From: a virus
Taxonomy: Duplodnaviria; Caudoviricetes
DNA length: 24,237 nt
IMG/VR virus record: IMGVR_UViG_3300020044_000139
Coordinates: 1 to 24,237 of that record
Reading direction: 5' to 3' (one strand)
Shown here: positions 7,722-15,623 of the stretch, one piece after another
How the letters are laid out: every line of letters begins with the position of its first letter
Numbering within the stretch: position 1 is the stretch's first letter
Notes under the pieces: generated by a model
What the model saw: only the letters and a program-made list of their open reading frames with translations
Databases searched by the model: none
Told to the model about the DNA's origin: nothing
Translations under genes and position numbers: made by a program

Positions 7722-7987
7722 TGCCAATATTTTTAGATACTCGTGGCTACTCAGATATTGCGATTGCGATATGTGACCGTTGCCGCATGAAAAGACCGCA
7801 TGCTGAGTTATCTAAAGACCCAAATTTCCCCGGTCTTATGGTTTGTGAGCAAGGTTGCAAGGATGATTTTGATCCTTATCGTTTGCCAGCACGTAAAACT
7901 GAAAAGATTACGATCAGATTTCCACGTCTTGATGCTGACATAGCGGTTGATCCAAATTATGTACCACCTAACCAAATCGACGATTAA
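7721..7987 (+). CDS. Small Cys-rich (CxxC...CxxxC) conserved phage protein
   Basis: TAATG coupling. AICDRC...LMVCEQGCKDDFDP is a putative Zn-binding motif. Confidence 0.75.
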   Translation: MPIFLDTRGYSDIAIAICDRCRMKRPHAELSKDPNFPGLMVCEQGCKDDFDPYRLPARKTEKITIRFPRLDADIAVDPNYVPPNQIDD

Positions 7988-8011
7988 TGGCAGGTCTGGA
8001 GGTATTTTTTA

Positions 8012-10765
8012 ATGGCTGCACCAAATTACACACCAGTTTCGCTTTACTACAGTACAACGCCTAGTGCCGTACCTACAAACACCAATTTAATTAATGGTGA
8101 GTTGGCGCTTAACATTTACGACAAGAAGTTATACGCAAAAGATAGTACAGGCACTGTGTTCTTGTTGGCATCGGAGTCTGGTTCTGCAGGTACAGTCACA
8201 AACGTATCAGTTGTATCAGCTAATGGTTTTGCAGGTACGGTAGCAAACGCTACTACAGCGGCTGCAATCACGCTCAGCACGAGCGTTACAGGTCTTCTGA
8301 AGGGTAACGGCACAGCTATCTCTGCAGCGGCTGCAGGCACTGATTATGCCCCTGCTACTGTAGGCACCTCTATTCTTTACGCTAACGGCTCTGGTGGCTT
8401 TAGCAGCGTTAATGTAGGCACAGGTCTTACCTTTACTGGCGGCACCTTAGCAACATCAGGAGTGGGTACAGTCACATCAGTTGGCGTGTCTGGTGGAACT
8501 ACAGGCTTGACCACAACTGGCAGCCCTATCACTACTTCTGGCACGATTACCCTTGGCGGTACATTAAGTGTAGACAGCGGTGGTACAGGCGTTAATACGT
8601 TGACTGGTTACGTTAAAGGTACAGGCACAGCGCCTTTATCTGCGTCCTCTACCATTCCAACGACAGACTTATCTGGCACTGTTACAAACGCTCAGCTAGC
8701 AAATAGCAACATAACGATTAACGGAAATACTGTTAGCTTAGGTGGCTCGACTAATATCACAGCAACAGCTGCGAATGCGTTAACGATTGGCACAGGATTA
8801 TCTGGCACGTCTTATAACGGTTCTGCCCCTGTAACTGTAGCGATTGACTCAACTGTAGCGACATTGACTGGCGTTCAGACGTTAACTAATAAGACGCTGA
8901 CTGACCCTGCAGTTTTAAATACATTTAAATTAACTGGAAATGGTGCGGCTGCATACACACCATACATACAGACTTTTTCTAGCGCTGTTACTGACTTCAA
9001 TGGTTATCAGTTAAATTACATACAGAACGACAATAATGGATCGGACGCATCCGTTGACTATGTAGCTTATAACGATGCTTCTGATGTGAACTCATATTTT
9101 ATTGATATGGGTATTGTCAGCTCAAACTATACTGATCCACTTAATACAGTATTCCCGCCTAACTCTGGTTATGTATACACAGGCGGTGGTACAAGCGGTC
9201 AGGCTTCTGCATTATTGTTGGGTACAAGTAACTCTGCTAGTGACATTGTCATGTTTACTGGCGGTACTTTAACTGCAAACACAAGAGCTTTAGTTAAGGG
9301 TGATACTGGTAACGTATTGATTAATACTTCTACAGATACTGGTTACAAGCTTAATGTAAACGGCACTAGCTATGTAGATGGTGCTGCTCTTTTTGGGGAT
9401 ACTGTAACTCTTAACGCTGATCCTACAACTGCATTAGAGGCAGCTACTAAAGCATATGTAGATAATGCAGTTACCGCAGGTATTCATATACATGAGCCAG
9501 TGCGTGTTGAGACAACAGGTAATTTAACTGCAACGTATGTGCAGGGCGGTACAACATTTAACATTACTACGATAACAAGTGGTACGACTGTTACTACTTC
9601 TGTTAACCATGGTTTAGTTGAAGGTGACCAGATATGGTTGTACACATCCGCTGGCAATGGGCTGTCTACTAATACTGCTTACTTTGTTTTCTCAGTACCT
9701 GCTGTAAACCAATTAACTTTATCGTTGACGTTTGGTGGAACTCAGATCACAGGGCTTACAAATGCTACTGGTCTGACATACGCAACTAGAGCTAATTCAG
9801 GTATTGGTGCTACGTTAACTAACGCAGGTGCTCAGGCAGCTTTGATCGTTGATGGTGTGACTTTGTCTGTAGCAGATAGGGTGATGGTTCGCTTGCAGAC
9901 TACTGGCTATGAGAATGGCGTGTATGTAGTAACGAATGTAGGTAGCGGATCAACAAACTGGATATTAACTAGATCAGTAGACCAAAGTTTTGTTTCCCCA
10001 CAAGACCCTGATGGCTTAGGGACTGGCGACTACTTCTTTACACAAGAAGGTACCATTAACGCAGGTGACTCGCACGTACTGACTACTGAGCCGAACACGA
10101 TGATCATCGGCTATACCACACTGACATATACGCAGTTTAGTGGGCAGGTTGATTATGTAGGCGGCACAAATATTGATATTACTGGTCAGACTATTTCTCT
10201 GACAGGCACGGTTGCAGCGACTAATGGCGGTACAGGGACAAGTACAGTAACTACTGGTGACTTGCTGTATGGATCAGCTACTAATACTTGGTCTAAGCTT
10301 CCATTAGGTATTGGATACAAGTCGTTAGTAGTTAATGCGGCTGGCAATCAAGTAGAGTGGAATGCTGTTGCTTTAAACCAACCAGCTGCAGTATCTGGTC
10401 AGCTTAGCGTTGCCAATGGCGGCACAGGTCAAAGCACTTATGTTGATGGCGAATTACTGATCGGTAACTCTACAGGTAATACACTTGCTAAGTCTACGCT
10501 AACTGCAGGTTCTGGTATTACTATCACTAATGGTTCTGGTACGATTACTATTGCTGCTAGTGGCGGTGGTGGCGCAGTAGCTTCATTTAGCGCAGGGACA
10601 ACTGGCTTTACACCAAACACAGCAACAACAGGCGCAATTACTTTAGCAGGAACATTAAACTTAGCAAATGGCGGTACAGGTGCAACTACGGTATCTGGAG
10701 CGCAAACGAATTTACAGGTAGACCCCGCTGGCACAGCGGTCGCTCTCGCAATTGCATTAGGATAA
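8012..10765 (+). CDS. Long tail fibre protein (917 aa)
   Basis: GGAGG RBS. N-terminal GELALNIYDKKLYAKD attachment motif (T4 gp34 / Mtd N-terminus-like), Thr/Gly-rich repeats, four xxGGTG repeats, LTNKTL, ADPTTALEAATKAYVD neck, and C-terminal AVALAIALG. Confidence 0.85.
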   Translation: MAAPNYTPVSLYYSTTPSAVPTNTNLINGELALNIYDKKLYAKDSTGTVFLLASESGSAGTVTNVSVVSANGFAGTVANATTAAAITLSTSVTGLLKGNGTAISAAAAGTDYAPATVGTSILYANGSGGFSSVNVGTGLTFTGGTLATSGVGTVTSVGVSGGTTGLTTTGSPITTSGTITLGGTLSVDSGGTGVNTLTGYVKGTGTAPLSASSTIPTTDLSGTVTNAQLANSNITINGNTVSLGGSTNITATAANALTIGTGLSGTSYNGSAPVTVAIDSTVATLTGVQTLTNKTLTDPAVLNTFKLTGNGAAAYTPYIQTFSSAVTDFNGYQLNYIQNDNNGSDASVDYVAYNDASDVNSYFIDMGIVSSNYTDPLNTVFPPNSGYVYTGGGTSGQASALLLGTSNSASDIVMFTGGTLTANTRALVKGDTGNVLINTSTDTGYKLNVNGTSYVDGAALFGDTVTLNADPTTALEAATKAYVDNAVTAGIHIHEPVRVETTGNLTATYVQGGTTFNITTITSGTTVTTSVNHGLVEGDQIWLYTSAGNGLSTNTAYFVFSVPAVNQLTLSLTFGGTQITGLTNATGLTYATRANSGIGATLTNAGAQAALIVDGVTLSVADRVMVRLQTTGYENGVYVVTNVGSGSTNWILTRSVDQSFVSPQDPDGLGTGDYFFTQEGTINAGDSHVLTTEPNTMIIGYTTLTYTQFSGQVDYVGGTNIDITGQTISLTGTVAATNGGTGTSTVTTGDLLYGSATNTWSKLPLGIGYKSLVVNAAGNQVEWNAVALNQPAAVSGQLSVANGGTGQSTYVDGELLIGNSTGNTLAKSTLTAGSGITITNGSGTITIAASGGGGAVASFSAGTTGFTPNTATTGAITLAGTLNLANGGTGATTVSGAQTNLQVDPAGTAVALAIALG

Positions 10766-10768
10766 AAA

Positions 10769-11095
10769 ATGGCAAACCTATTTAAAAGCTTTCCATCAAA
10801 GAACGTAGGGGCTTCAGCGGCTACTGTGTATACATGCCCCTCTGCTACACAGACAACAATCATTGGATTGTCGATGGCTAACACTACCTCGTCGCCAATT
10901 ACGACCTCTGCCTACATTACTCGTTCAGCGGTTAATTACTATCTGATCAGCGGTGCTACGGTGCCTGTAGGATCATCGTTAGTGATTGTTGGTGGAGATC
11001 AAAAGGTTGTCATGGAGCCCGCTGATGTTCTGTATATAGTTAATAGCGCAGCTGCTTCTGGGGACTGTTTTGCGTCATTACTGGAGATCACCTAA
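10769..11095 (+). CDS. Small fibre-associated structural protein (108 aa)
   Basis: MANLFKS...TVYTCP...TTIIGLSMAN...VPVGSSL..GGDQKVV...SLLEIT, a family I recall following fibre genes that end in AIALG. Confidence 0.75.
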   Translation: MANLFKSFPSKNVGASAATVYTCPSATQTTIIGLSMANTTSSPITTSAYITRSAVNYYLISGATVPVGSSLVIVGGDQKVVMEPADVLYIVNSAAASGDCFASLLEIT

Positions 11096-11613
11096 TGTCT
11101 TATATAGGCTCGCCACCATCCTCGCAGTCATTTGCACCGGGTACTGATACCTTCAGCGGTACAGGTGTTACTACTGCTTATACACTTAGCCGTAATGTAG
11201 CTACATCCAATGACATTTTGGTTGTGGTGAATAATGTCGATCAGCAGCCTAGCAACTACACCGTATCAAACAATATACTTACTTTTTCTACTGCACCGTC
11301 AAGCGGTACTAATAATATCTATGTGCGGTATCTGAGCACTAACTTGACAGCTGTAGTGCCGCAGCAAGGTAGTGTTACTTTATCCTCGTTTTCTGCAACG
11401 GGTACGCCAAGCGCTACTACGTTCTTGCGTGGTGACAATACTTGGGCAGCTACTGGCGGTTCTGCAGGTGGGACGATATATGTGAATTCACAAACAATTT
11501 CTAGCAGTTACACAATGCCTTCTGGTAGCAGTGGCTCATCAACGGGGCCTATTACTATTGCTGTTGGTGTGACTGTAACGCTTTCTTCTGGCTGTAGATG
11601 GGTGGTTCTATGA
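11095..11613 (+). CDS. Fibre adaptor-like structural protein, MSYIG type (172 aa)
   Basis: TAATG coupling. DTFSGTG.TTAYTL...ILVVVNNVDQQP.NYTV...LTFSTAP repeat unit, TTFLRGDNTW motif, and C-terminal GPITIAVGVTVTL..G.RWVVL. Confidence 0.75.
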   Translation: MSYIGSPPSSQSFAPGTDTFSGTGVTTAYTLSRNVATSNDILVVVNNVDQQPSNYTVSNNILTFSTAPSSGTNNIYVRYLSTNLTAVVPQQGSVTLSSFSATGTPSATTFLRGDNTWAATGGSAGGTIYVNSQTISSSYTMPSGSSGSSTGPITIAVGVTVTLSSGCRWVVL

Positions 11614-12194
11614 GTAGCGTAATCTTAACTGGTGATACATCAGGTACTCTTAACTTAGCAGCTCCTCTTATTGCGGGAACTAATACACAGACATTAGTAG
11701 CTGCTACAGGTACGCTTGCGCCATTAATTAGCGGTACTGCGGTATCTGCTTCTGGAACTAGCGTTGACTTTACAGGTATACCGTCTTGGGTAAAACGCAT
11801 TACTGTGATTTTTAATGGTGTTAGTTTAAATGGCGTATCACTTCCGATAATTCAACTAGGTGATTCTGGTGGCGTGGAAACAACAGGCTATTTATCTCAA
11901 GCAGCATACTCTGGAGCATCAAATAATTCTGGAGGTCGTGCAGATACTACTGGATTTTGTGTTAATAGTGGCGCTGCTGCAAATTTGCTTTACGGTCATA
12001 TGGTTATTACATTACTTGGGTCAAACCTTTGGATTGCTTCTCATATAATGGGTTTGAATTCTGCGGGTACTATTTACAGTATGCAGGGTGGAGGTTCAAA
12101 AACACTTTCAGAAACTTTAGATCGAGTACGCATTACTACATTGAACGGCACAGACGCATACGACGCTGGCACAATTAACATTCTTTACGAGTAG
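11610..12194 (+). CDS. Putative tail fibre tip / receptor-binding protein, paralogue A1 (194 aa)
   Basis: The ATGA overlap at 11610-11613 gives the likely start (MSSVILTGDTSG). Shares GTSxxFTxIPSWVKRITV and LDRVRITT.NGTD..DAG.INILYE with the next ORF. Confidence 0.7.
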   Translation: MSSVILTGDTSGTLNLAAPLIAGTNTQTLVAATGTLAPLISGTAVSASGTSVDFTGIPSWVKRITVIFNGVSLNGVSLPIIQLGDSGGVETTGYLSQAAYSGASNNSGGRADTTGFCVNSGAAANLLYGHMVITLLGSNLWIASHIMGLNSAGTIYSMQGGGSKTLSETLDRVRITTLNGTDAYDAGTINILYE

Positions 12195-12409
12195 ATCATG
12201 GCTATAACAATAAGCGGCACAGACGGAGTAGGTGTAACAGGCAATGTAGGTGCATTGACTGCGGGTACTGCTGTGGCATCTACGTCAGGAACGTCTATTA
12301 ATTTTACTGATATACCAAGTTGGGTGAAGCGTATTACTGTGATGTTTAGTGGTGTGTCTACTAATGGCACAAGTATCCCTATTATTCAACTAGGTGATTC
12401 TGGTGGCGT
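11850..12409 (+). repeat. Exact 26-nt direct repeat ATTCAACTAGGTGATTCTGGTGGCGT at 11850-11875 and 12384-12409
   Basis: Read directly from the sequence. Encodes IQLGDSGG(V) in both paralogues. Confidence 0.9.
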
Positions 12410-12731
12410 AGAAACAAGCGGATATTTAGGCTCTGGTTCTTCTGTTTTTGCAGCAAGTGCGTGTACTGCGGTTTTACAAACTACTGGTTTTGGTATTGGT
12501 GGCGGTATGGCTGCTACTGTTATTTTTCATGGCTCTGTTCAAATTACTTTACTTGATGCGACAGCAAATACTTGGTGTGCAAACGGTGTTTTAGCTAGAA
12601 GTGATACTGCTGCTATATTTAATTGTTCTGGAGCAAAATCGCTTTCTGCAACACTAGACAGAGTTCGCATCACTACAGTAAACGGCACAGACACATTCGA
12701 TGCAGGTTCAATCAATATACTTTACGAGTAA
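12198..12731 (+). CDS. Putative tail fibre tip / receptor-binding protein, paralogue A2 (177 aa)
   Basis: Tandem paralogue of 11610-12194 with a different N-terminus and a divergent middle. Confidence 0.7.
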   Translation: MAITISGTDGVGVTGNVGALTAGTAVASTSGTSINFTDIPSWVKRITVMFSGVSTNGTSIPIIQLGDSGGVETSGYLGSGSSVFAASACTAVLQTTGFGIGGGMAATVIFHGSVQITLLDATANTWCANGVLARSDTAAIFNCSGAKSLSATLDRVRITTVNGTDTFDAGSINILYE

Positions 12732-12734
12732 GCT

Positions 12735-13112
12735 ATGAGTACAATTAACCTAGCAACCCTACAATCTAATACAGCATTACCGCCAACGATACAGAACTCT
12801 AGTGCGGTAGAGATTGGTACGTTTTGTCGTGCGTGGGTAAACTTTAACGGCACAGGTACAGTAGCTATAAGAGCTAGTTTTAATGTGTCTAGTATTACTG
12901 ATAATGGCGTTGGCACTTATACATTAAATTTTACTACTGCTATGCAAGATAGAAACTATTCTTTTAATGGATTATCATGGAATCCCGGTTCTACGGCGGC
13001 TATAACAGGCGTTGATGCGCTATTGTCTAGCTATGTAACGTTGAGTTCGTTTAATACATCAGGAACAACAAGAATAGATGTTCCTGAAATAAATGTGGCT
13101 ATATTCCGCTAA
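12735..13112 (+). CDS. Putative tail fibre tip protein (125 aa)
   Basis: RAWVNFNGTG..AIRASFNVSSITDNGVGTYTLNFTTAM.D.NYS motif typical of C-terminal fibre domains. Confidence 0.75.
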   Translation: MSTINLATLQSNTALPPTIQNSSAVEIGTFCRAWVNFNGTGTVAIRASFNVSSITDNGVGTYTLNFTTAMQDRNYSFNGLSWNPGSTAAITGVDALLSSYVTLSSFNTSGTTRIDVPEINVAIFR

Positions 13113-13121
13113 GAGGACAAA

Positions 13122-13307
13122 ATGAAAAGAATAATTTTCCCTACAGATGACGGTGGTGTAGCAATCATAATCCCTGCTGATTGCGGATTATCTATAGAAG
13201 AGATTGCAGCTAAGGATGTGCCAGTAGGTAAAGATTTTAAAATTGTAGATGTTACAGACATACCTACAGATAGAACATTTCGTAATGCTTGGGAGTACGC
13301 AGAGTGA
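13122..13307 (+). CDS. Putative fibre assembly chaperone, N-terminal half (61 aa)
   Basis: GAGGA RBS. GGVAIIIP...IAAKDVP.G..FKIVD..DIP.DRTFRNAW motif, directly after the fibre-tip gene. Confidence 0.7.
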   Translation: MKRIIFPTDDGGVAIIIPADCGLSIEEIAAKDVPVGKDFKIVDVTDIPTDRTFRNAWEYAE

Positions 13308-13528
13308 TCACAATTAACATAGACAAAGCTAAGAATATTGCACATGACCTGCGCAGAATGAAACGCTCAGAGGAGTTTGCACCGCTAGATATTAAAGCGA
13401 CTATTCCTAGCGAAGCTACAGCCGCAGAAGCTGCAAGACAAGAAGTAAGAGATAGATACGCTGCAATGCAGGTAGAGATTGATGCTGCTTCTACGCCAGA
13501 AGAGATCAAAGTAGCATTAGGAGCTTGA
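13304..13528 (+). CDS. Putative fibre assembly chaperone, C-terminal half (74 aa)
   Basis: GGGAG at 13291-13295 and a GTGA overlap at 13304-13307 give the start. ITINIDKAK.IAHD.RR..R..EFAPLD...IDAASTPEEIK helical motif. Confidence 0.68.
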   Translation: MITINIDKAKNIAHDLRRMKRSEEFAPLDIKATIPSEATAAEAARQEVRDRYAAMQVEIDAASTPEEIKVALGA

Positions 13529-13529
13529 T

Positions 13530-14651
13530 ATGCCACTAAGTCAAATAGTTAGCGCAAGTATTGAGGATGGTGCAGTAGCGCCAGTAGACTTGTCGTCTGT
13601 AGCGCAGTATTACGGGTTTAAGAACCGCTTGATAAATGGCGCAATGGTTATTGATCAGAGAAATGCAGGTGCTAGTGTTACACCTGCTGCTGCGGGGCAG
13701 TATTTGGTTGATAGATGGGCGTATTATGCAACACAAGCATCAAAATTTACTGCACAACAAAATGCTGGAGCAGTAACACCGCCAACTGGATATGCAAAAT
13801 ACTTGGGGTTTACATCTTCATCTGCATATTCTGTAACTGGTAATGATTATTTTTTGTTTCAGCAAGTTATTGAGGGTTTAAACTTTGCTGACTTAGCATG
13901 GGGTACCGCATCTGCTGCAACTGTAACTATATCTTTTTGGGTTCGCTCAAGTCTTACTGGAACATTTGGTGGTGCATTAAGAAATTACGGTGGAACTGGA
14001 AGGTCATATCCATTCACATACACAATCAGTTCAGCAAACACATGGGAACAAAAAACTATTACGGTTGCTGGAAGTACGGACGGAACTTGGAACACTACAA
14101 ATACAGGCGCATTACAACTAACATTTAGTCTTGGCGCAAGCGGAACAGAGCTTGGCACAGCAGGAGCATGGTCATCTACTGTTTATTCTGGCGCAACAGG
14201 ACAAACTAACGTAGTAGGCACTAACGGTGCAACACTATACATCACAGGCGTTCAGCTAGAAAAAGGCGTAACCGCCACATCGTTTGACTATCGCCCTTAT
14301 GGAACTGAATTGTCGTTATGTCAGAGATATTACCAACATCTACAAGGGAACACTGTGGGTGTGACTATAGTATCTAGTGGAGCAGCATGGTCTAACGTTA
14401 CTTATTATTCTGTATACCCTCTGTTAGTATCTATGAGGGCTGCTCCTTCATTGTCATATAGTGCGTTTAGTGATTTTACTTTGTACTTTGCAGGTACAAC
14501 TAGAGCGCCAACATCATTTGGTACTTCCTCACAAGCGAATTCTGTAGAATTGGTTGCAGGGTTTTCAACGGCAACAACTATTGGATATGCTGGTTTTCTG
14601 AGGTTAAACGCTTCAGCATCAGCTTTTATTGCATTAAGCTCGGAGCTATAA
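13530..14651 (+). CDS. Tail fibre / receptor-binding protein with carbohydrate-binding-like domain, paralogue B1 (373 aa)
   Basis: AGGAG RBS. FKNRLINGAMVIDQRNAG, VTISFWVRSSLTGTFG, YITGVQLEKG, ELSLCQRYY and a terminal SEL. Confidence 0.8.
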   Translation: MPLSQIVSASIEDGAVAPVDLSSVAQYYGFKNRLINGAMVIDQRNAGASVTPAAAGQYLVDRWAYYATQASKFTAQQNAGAVTPPTGYAKYLGFTSSSAYSVTGNDYFLFQQVIEGLNFADLAWGTASAATVTISFWVRSSLTGTFGGALRNYGGTGRSYPFTYTISSANTWEQKTITVAGSTDGTWNTTNTGALQLTFSLGASGTELGTAGAWSSTVYSGATGQTNVVGTNGATLYITGVQLEKGVTATSFDYRPYGTELSLCQRYYQHLQGNTVGVTIVSSGAAWSNVTYYSVYPLLVSMRAAPSLSYSAFSDFTLYFAGTTRAPTSFGTSSQANSVELVAGFSTATTIGYAGFLRLNASASAFIALSSEL

Positions 14652-14825
14652 ATGTACAAGTTAAACAAAGATATTATTACTGGAAATGTTAATTCAGTAT
14701 CTAAATTTAATGACGATGGCTCTGGCATTTGTATCCCATTCGATACTGCCAATACTGATTACCAAGCATATTTAGCTTGGCTTGCACAGGGCAATGTCCC
14801 AGAACCTGCGGATGAACAACCATGA
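14652..14825 (+). CDS. Small putative fibre chaperone (57 aa, MYKLNK...[27 protein letters not shown]), not in ORF track
   Basis: GGAG RBS inside the upstream gene end, ATG directly after its TAA, TGA overlapping the next ATG. Paralogue at 19634-19789. Confidence 0.88.
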   Translation: MYKLNKDIITGNVNSVSKFNDDGSGICIPFDTANTDYQAYLAWLAQGNVPEPADEQP

Positions 14826-15211
14826 GTTACATAGGCGTATCACCTTCTACAGCAGCATTTCCATATGATCAGTTCAGCGGTAATGGCACTACTACTGCGT
14901 TCACAATGTCGTATGCACCAGCGAGTACGACCTCAATGGTGGTGTCCATATCTGGCGTAGTACAGAATCCTAATACGTATACTATCTCTGGTTTAACGCT
15001 GACGTTCTCTGCTGCTCCACCGACAGGGTCAGGTAACATAGGTGTTTTATACTTAGGCATACCTGCTACATCAGTGGTAACACCGGGTGCTGGAAGGGTG
15101 CCATTCTTTAATTACCTAACAGTAGCAAATGATATTGCCCTAACAAGTACATCGAAAGTTCCTTTCTTTACTTACACAGGCGCATCTAACAATATATCCC
15201 TAACGGTTTGA
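14822..15211 (+). CDS. Fibre adaptor-like structural protein, MSYIG type (129 aa)
   Basis: Paralogous N-terminal unit to 11095-11613 ([13 protein letters not shown]...[12 protein letters not shown]...LTFSAAP..G..NI.V.YL). Confidence 0.75.
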   Translation: MSYIGVSPSTAAFPYDQFSGNGTTTAFTMSYAPASTTSMVVSISGVVQNPNTYTISGLTLTFSAAPPTGSGNIGVLYLGIPATSVVTPGAGRVPFFNYLTVANDIALTSTSKVPFFTYTGASNNISLTV

Positions 15212-15218
15212 GGTACAT

Positions 15219-15623
15219 ATGGCACGTTTAGTTAAATCAATTTACACAGGTCTTGTCGCTACGGCATTAGGCGAGACTACCAATACAGACACACTGGATG
15301 GCCCATTAGCGGCTACAGTTACAACGCTAACAGACGCTACTACGATTGCTGTAGATATGTCTGCATCATGTAACTTCACGGTGACGTTAGGCGGCAATAG
15401 AACGCTAGGTAATCCTACTGGTTTAGTAACTGGGCAGACTGGTTCTATATTTGTAGTGCAAGACGCTACAGGTAGCAGGACTTTAGCTTACAGTTCAAAC
15501 TGGGATTTTTCTGGCGGCACAGCACCTACTTTAACTACGGCTGCTAATGCAATAGATAGGATAGATTTTATTGTTCGATCAGCTACTTCTGTTCAAGCAG
15601 TATTAACGACAAACTACTCATGA
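15219..15623 (+). CDS. Fibre-associated structural protein (134 aa)
   Basis: GAGG RBS. LTDATTIAVD..NFTVTLGGNRTLGNPT...GQTGSIFVVQDATGSRTLAY..W.F.GGTAPTLTT.ANA.D motif, a common fibre domain. Confidence 0.75.
   Translation: MARLVKSIYTGLVATALGETTNTDTLDGPLAATVTTLTDATTIAVDMSASCNFTVTLGGNRTLGNPTGLVTGQTGSIFVVQDATGSRTLAYSSNWDFSGGTAPTLTTAANAIDRIDFIVRSATSVQAVLTTNYS

Noticed and set aside
7987-8064. ATG at 7987 overlapping the upstream stop, followed by a T6 run before the fibre start (possible frameshift or leader peptide)
   Set aside because: The fibre ATG at 8012 has its own well-spaced GGAGG, and the short out-of-frame ORF has no other support.
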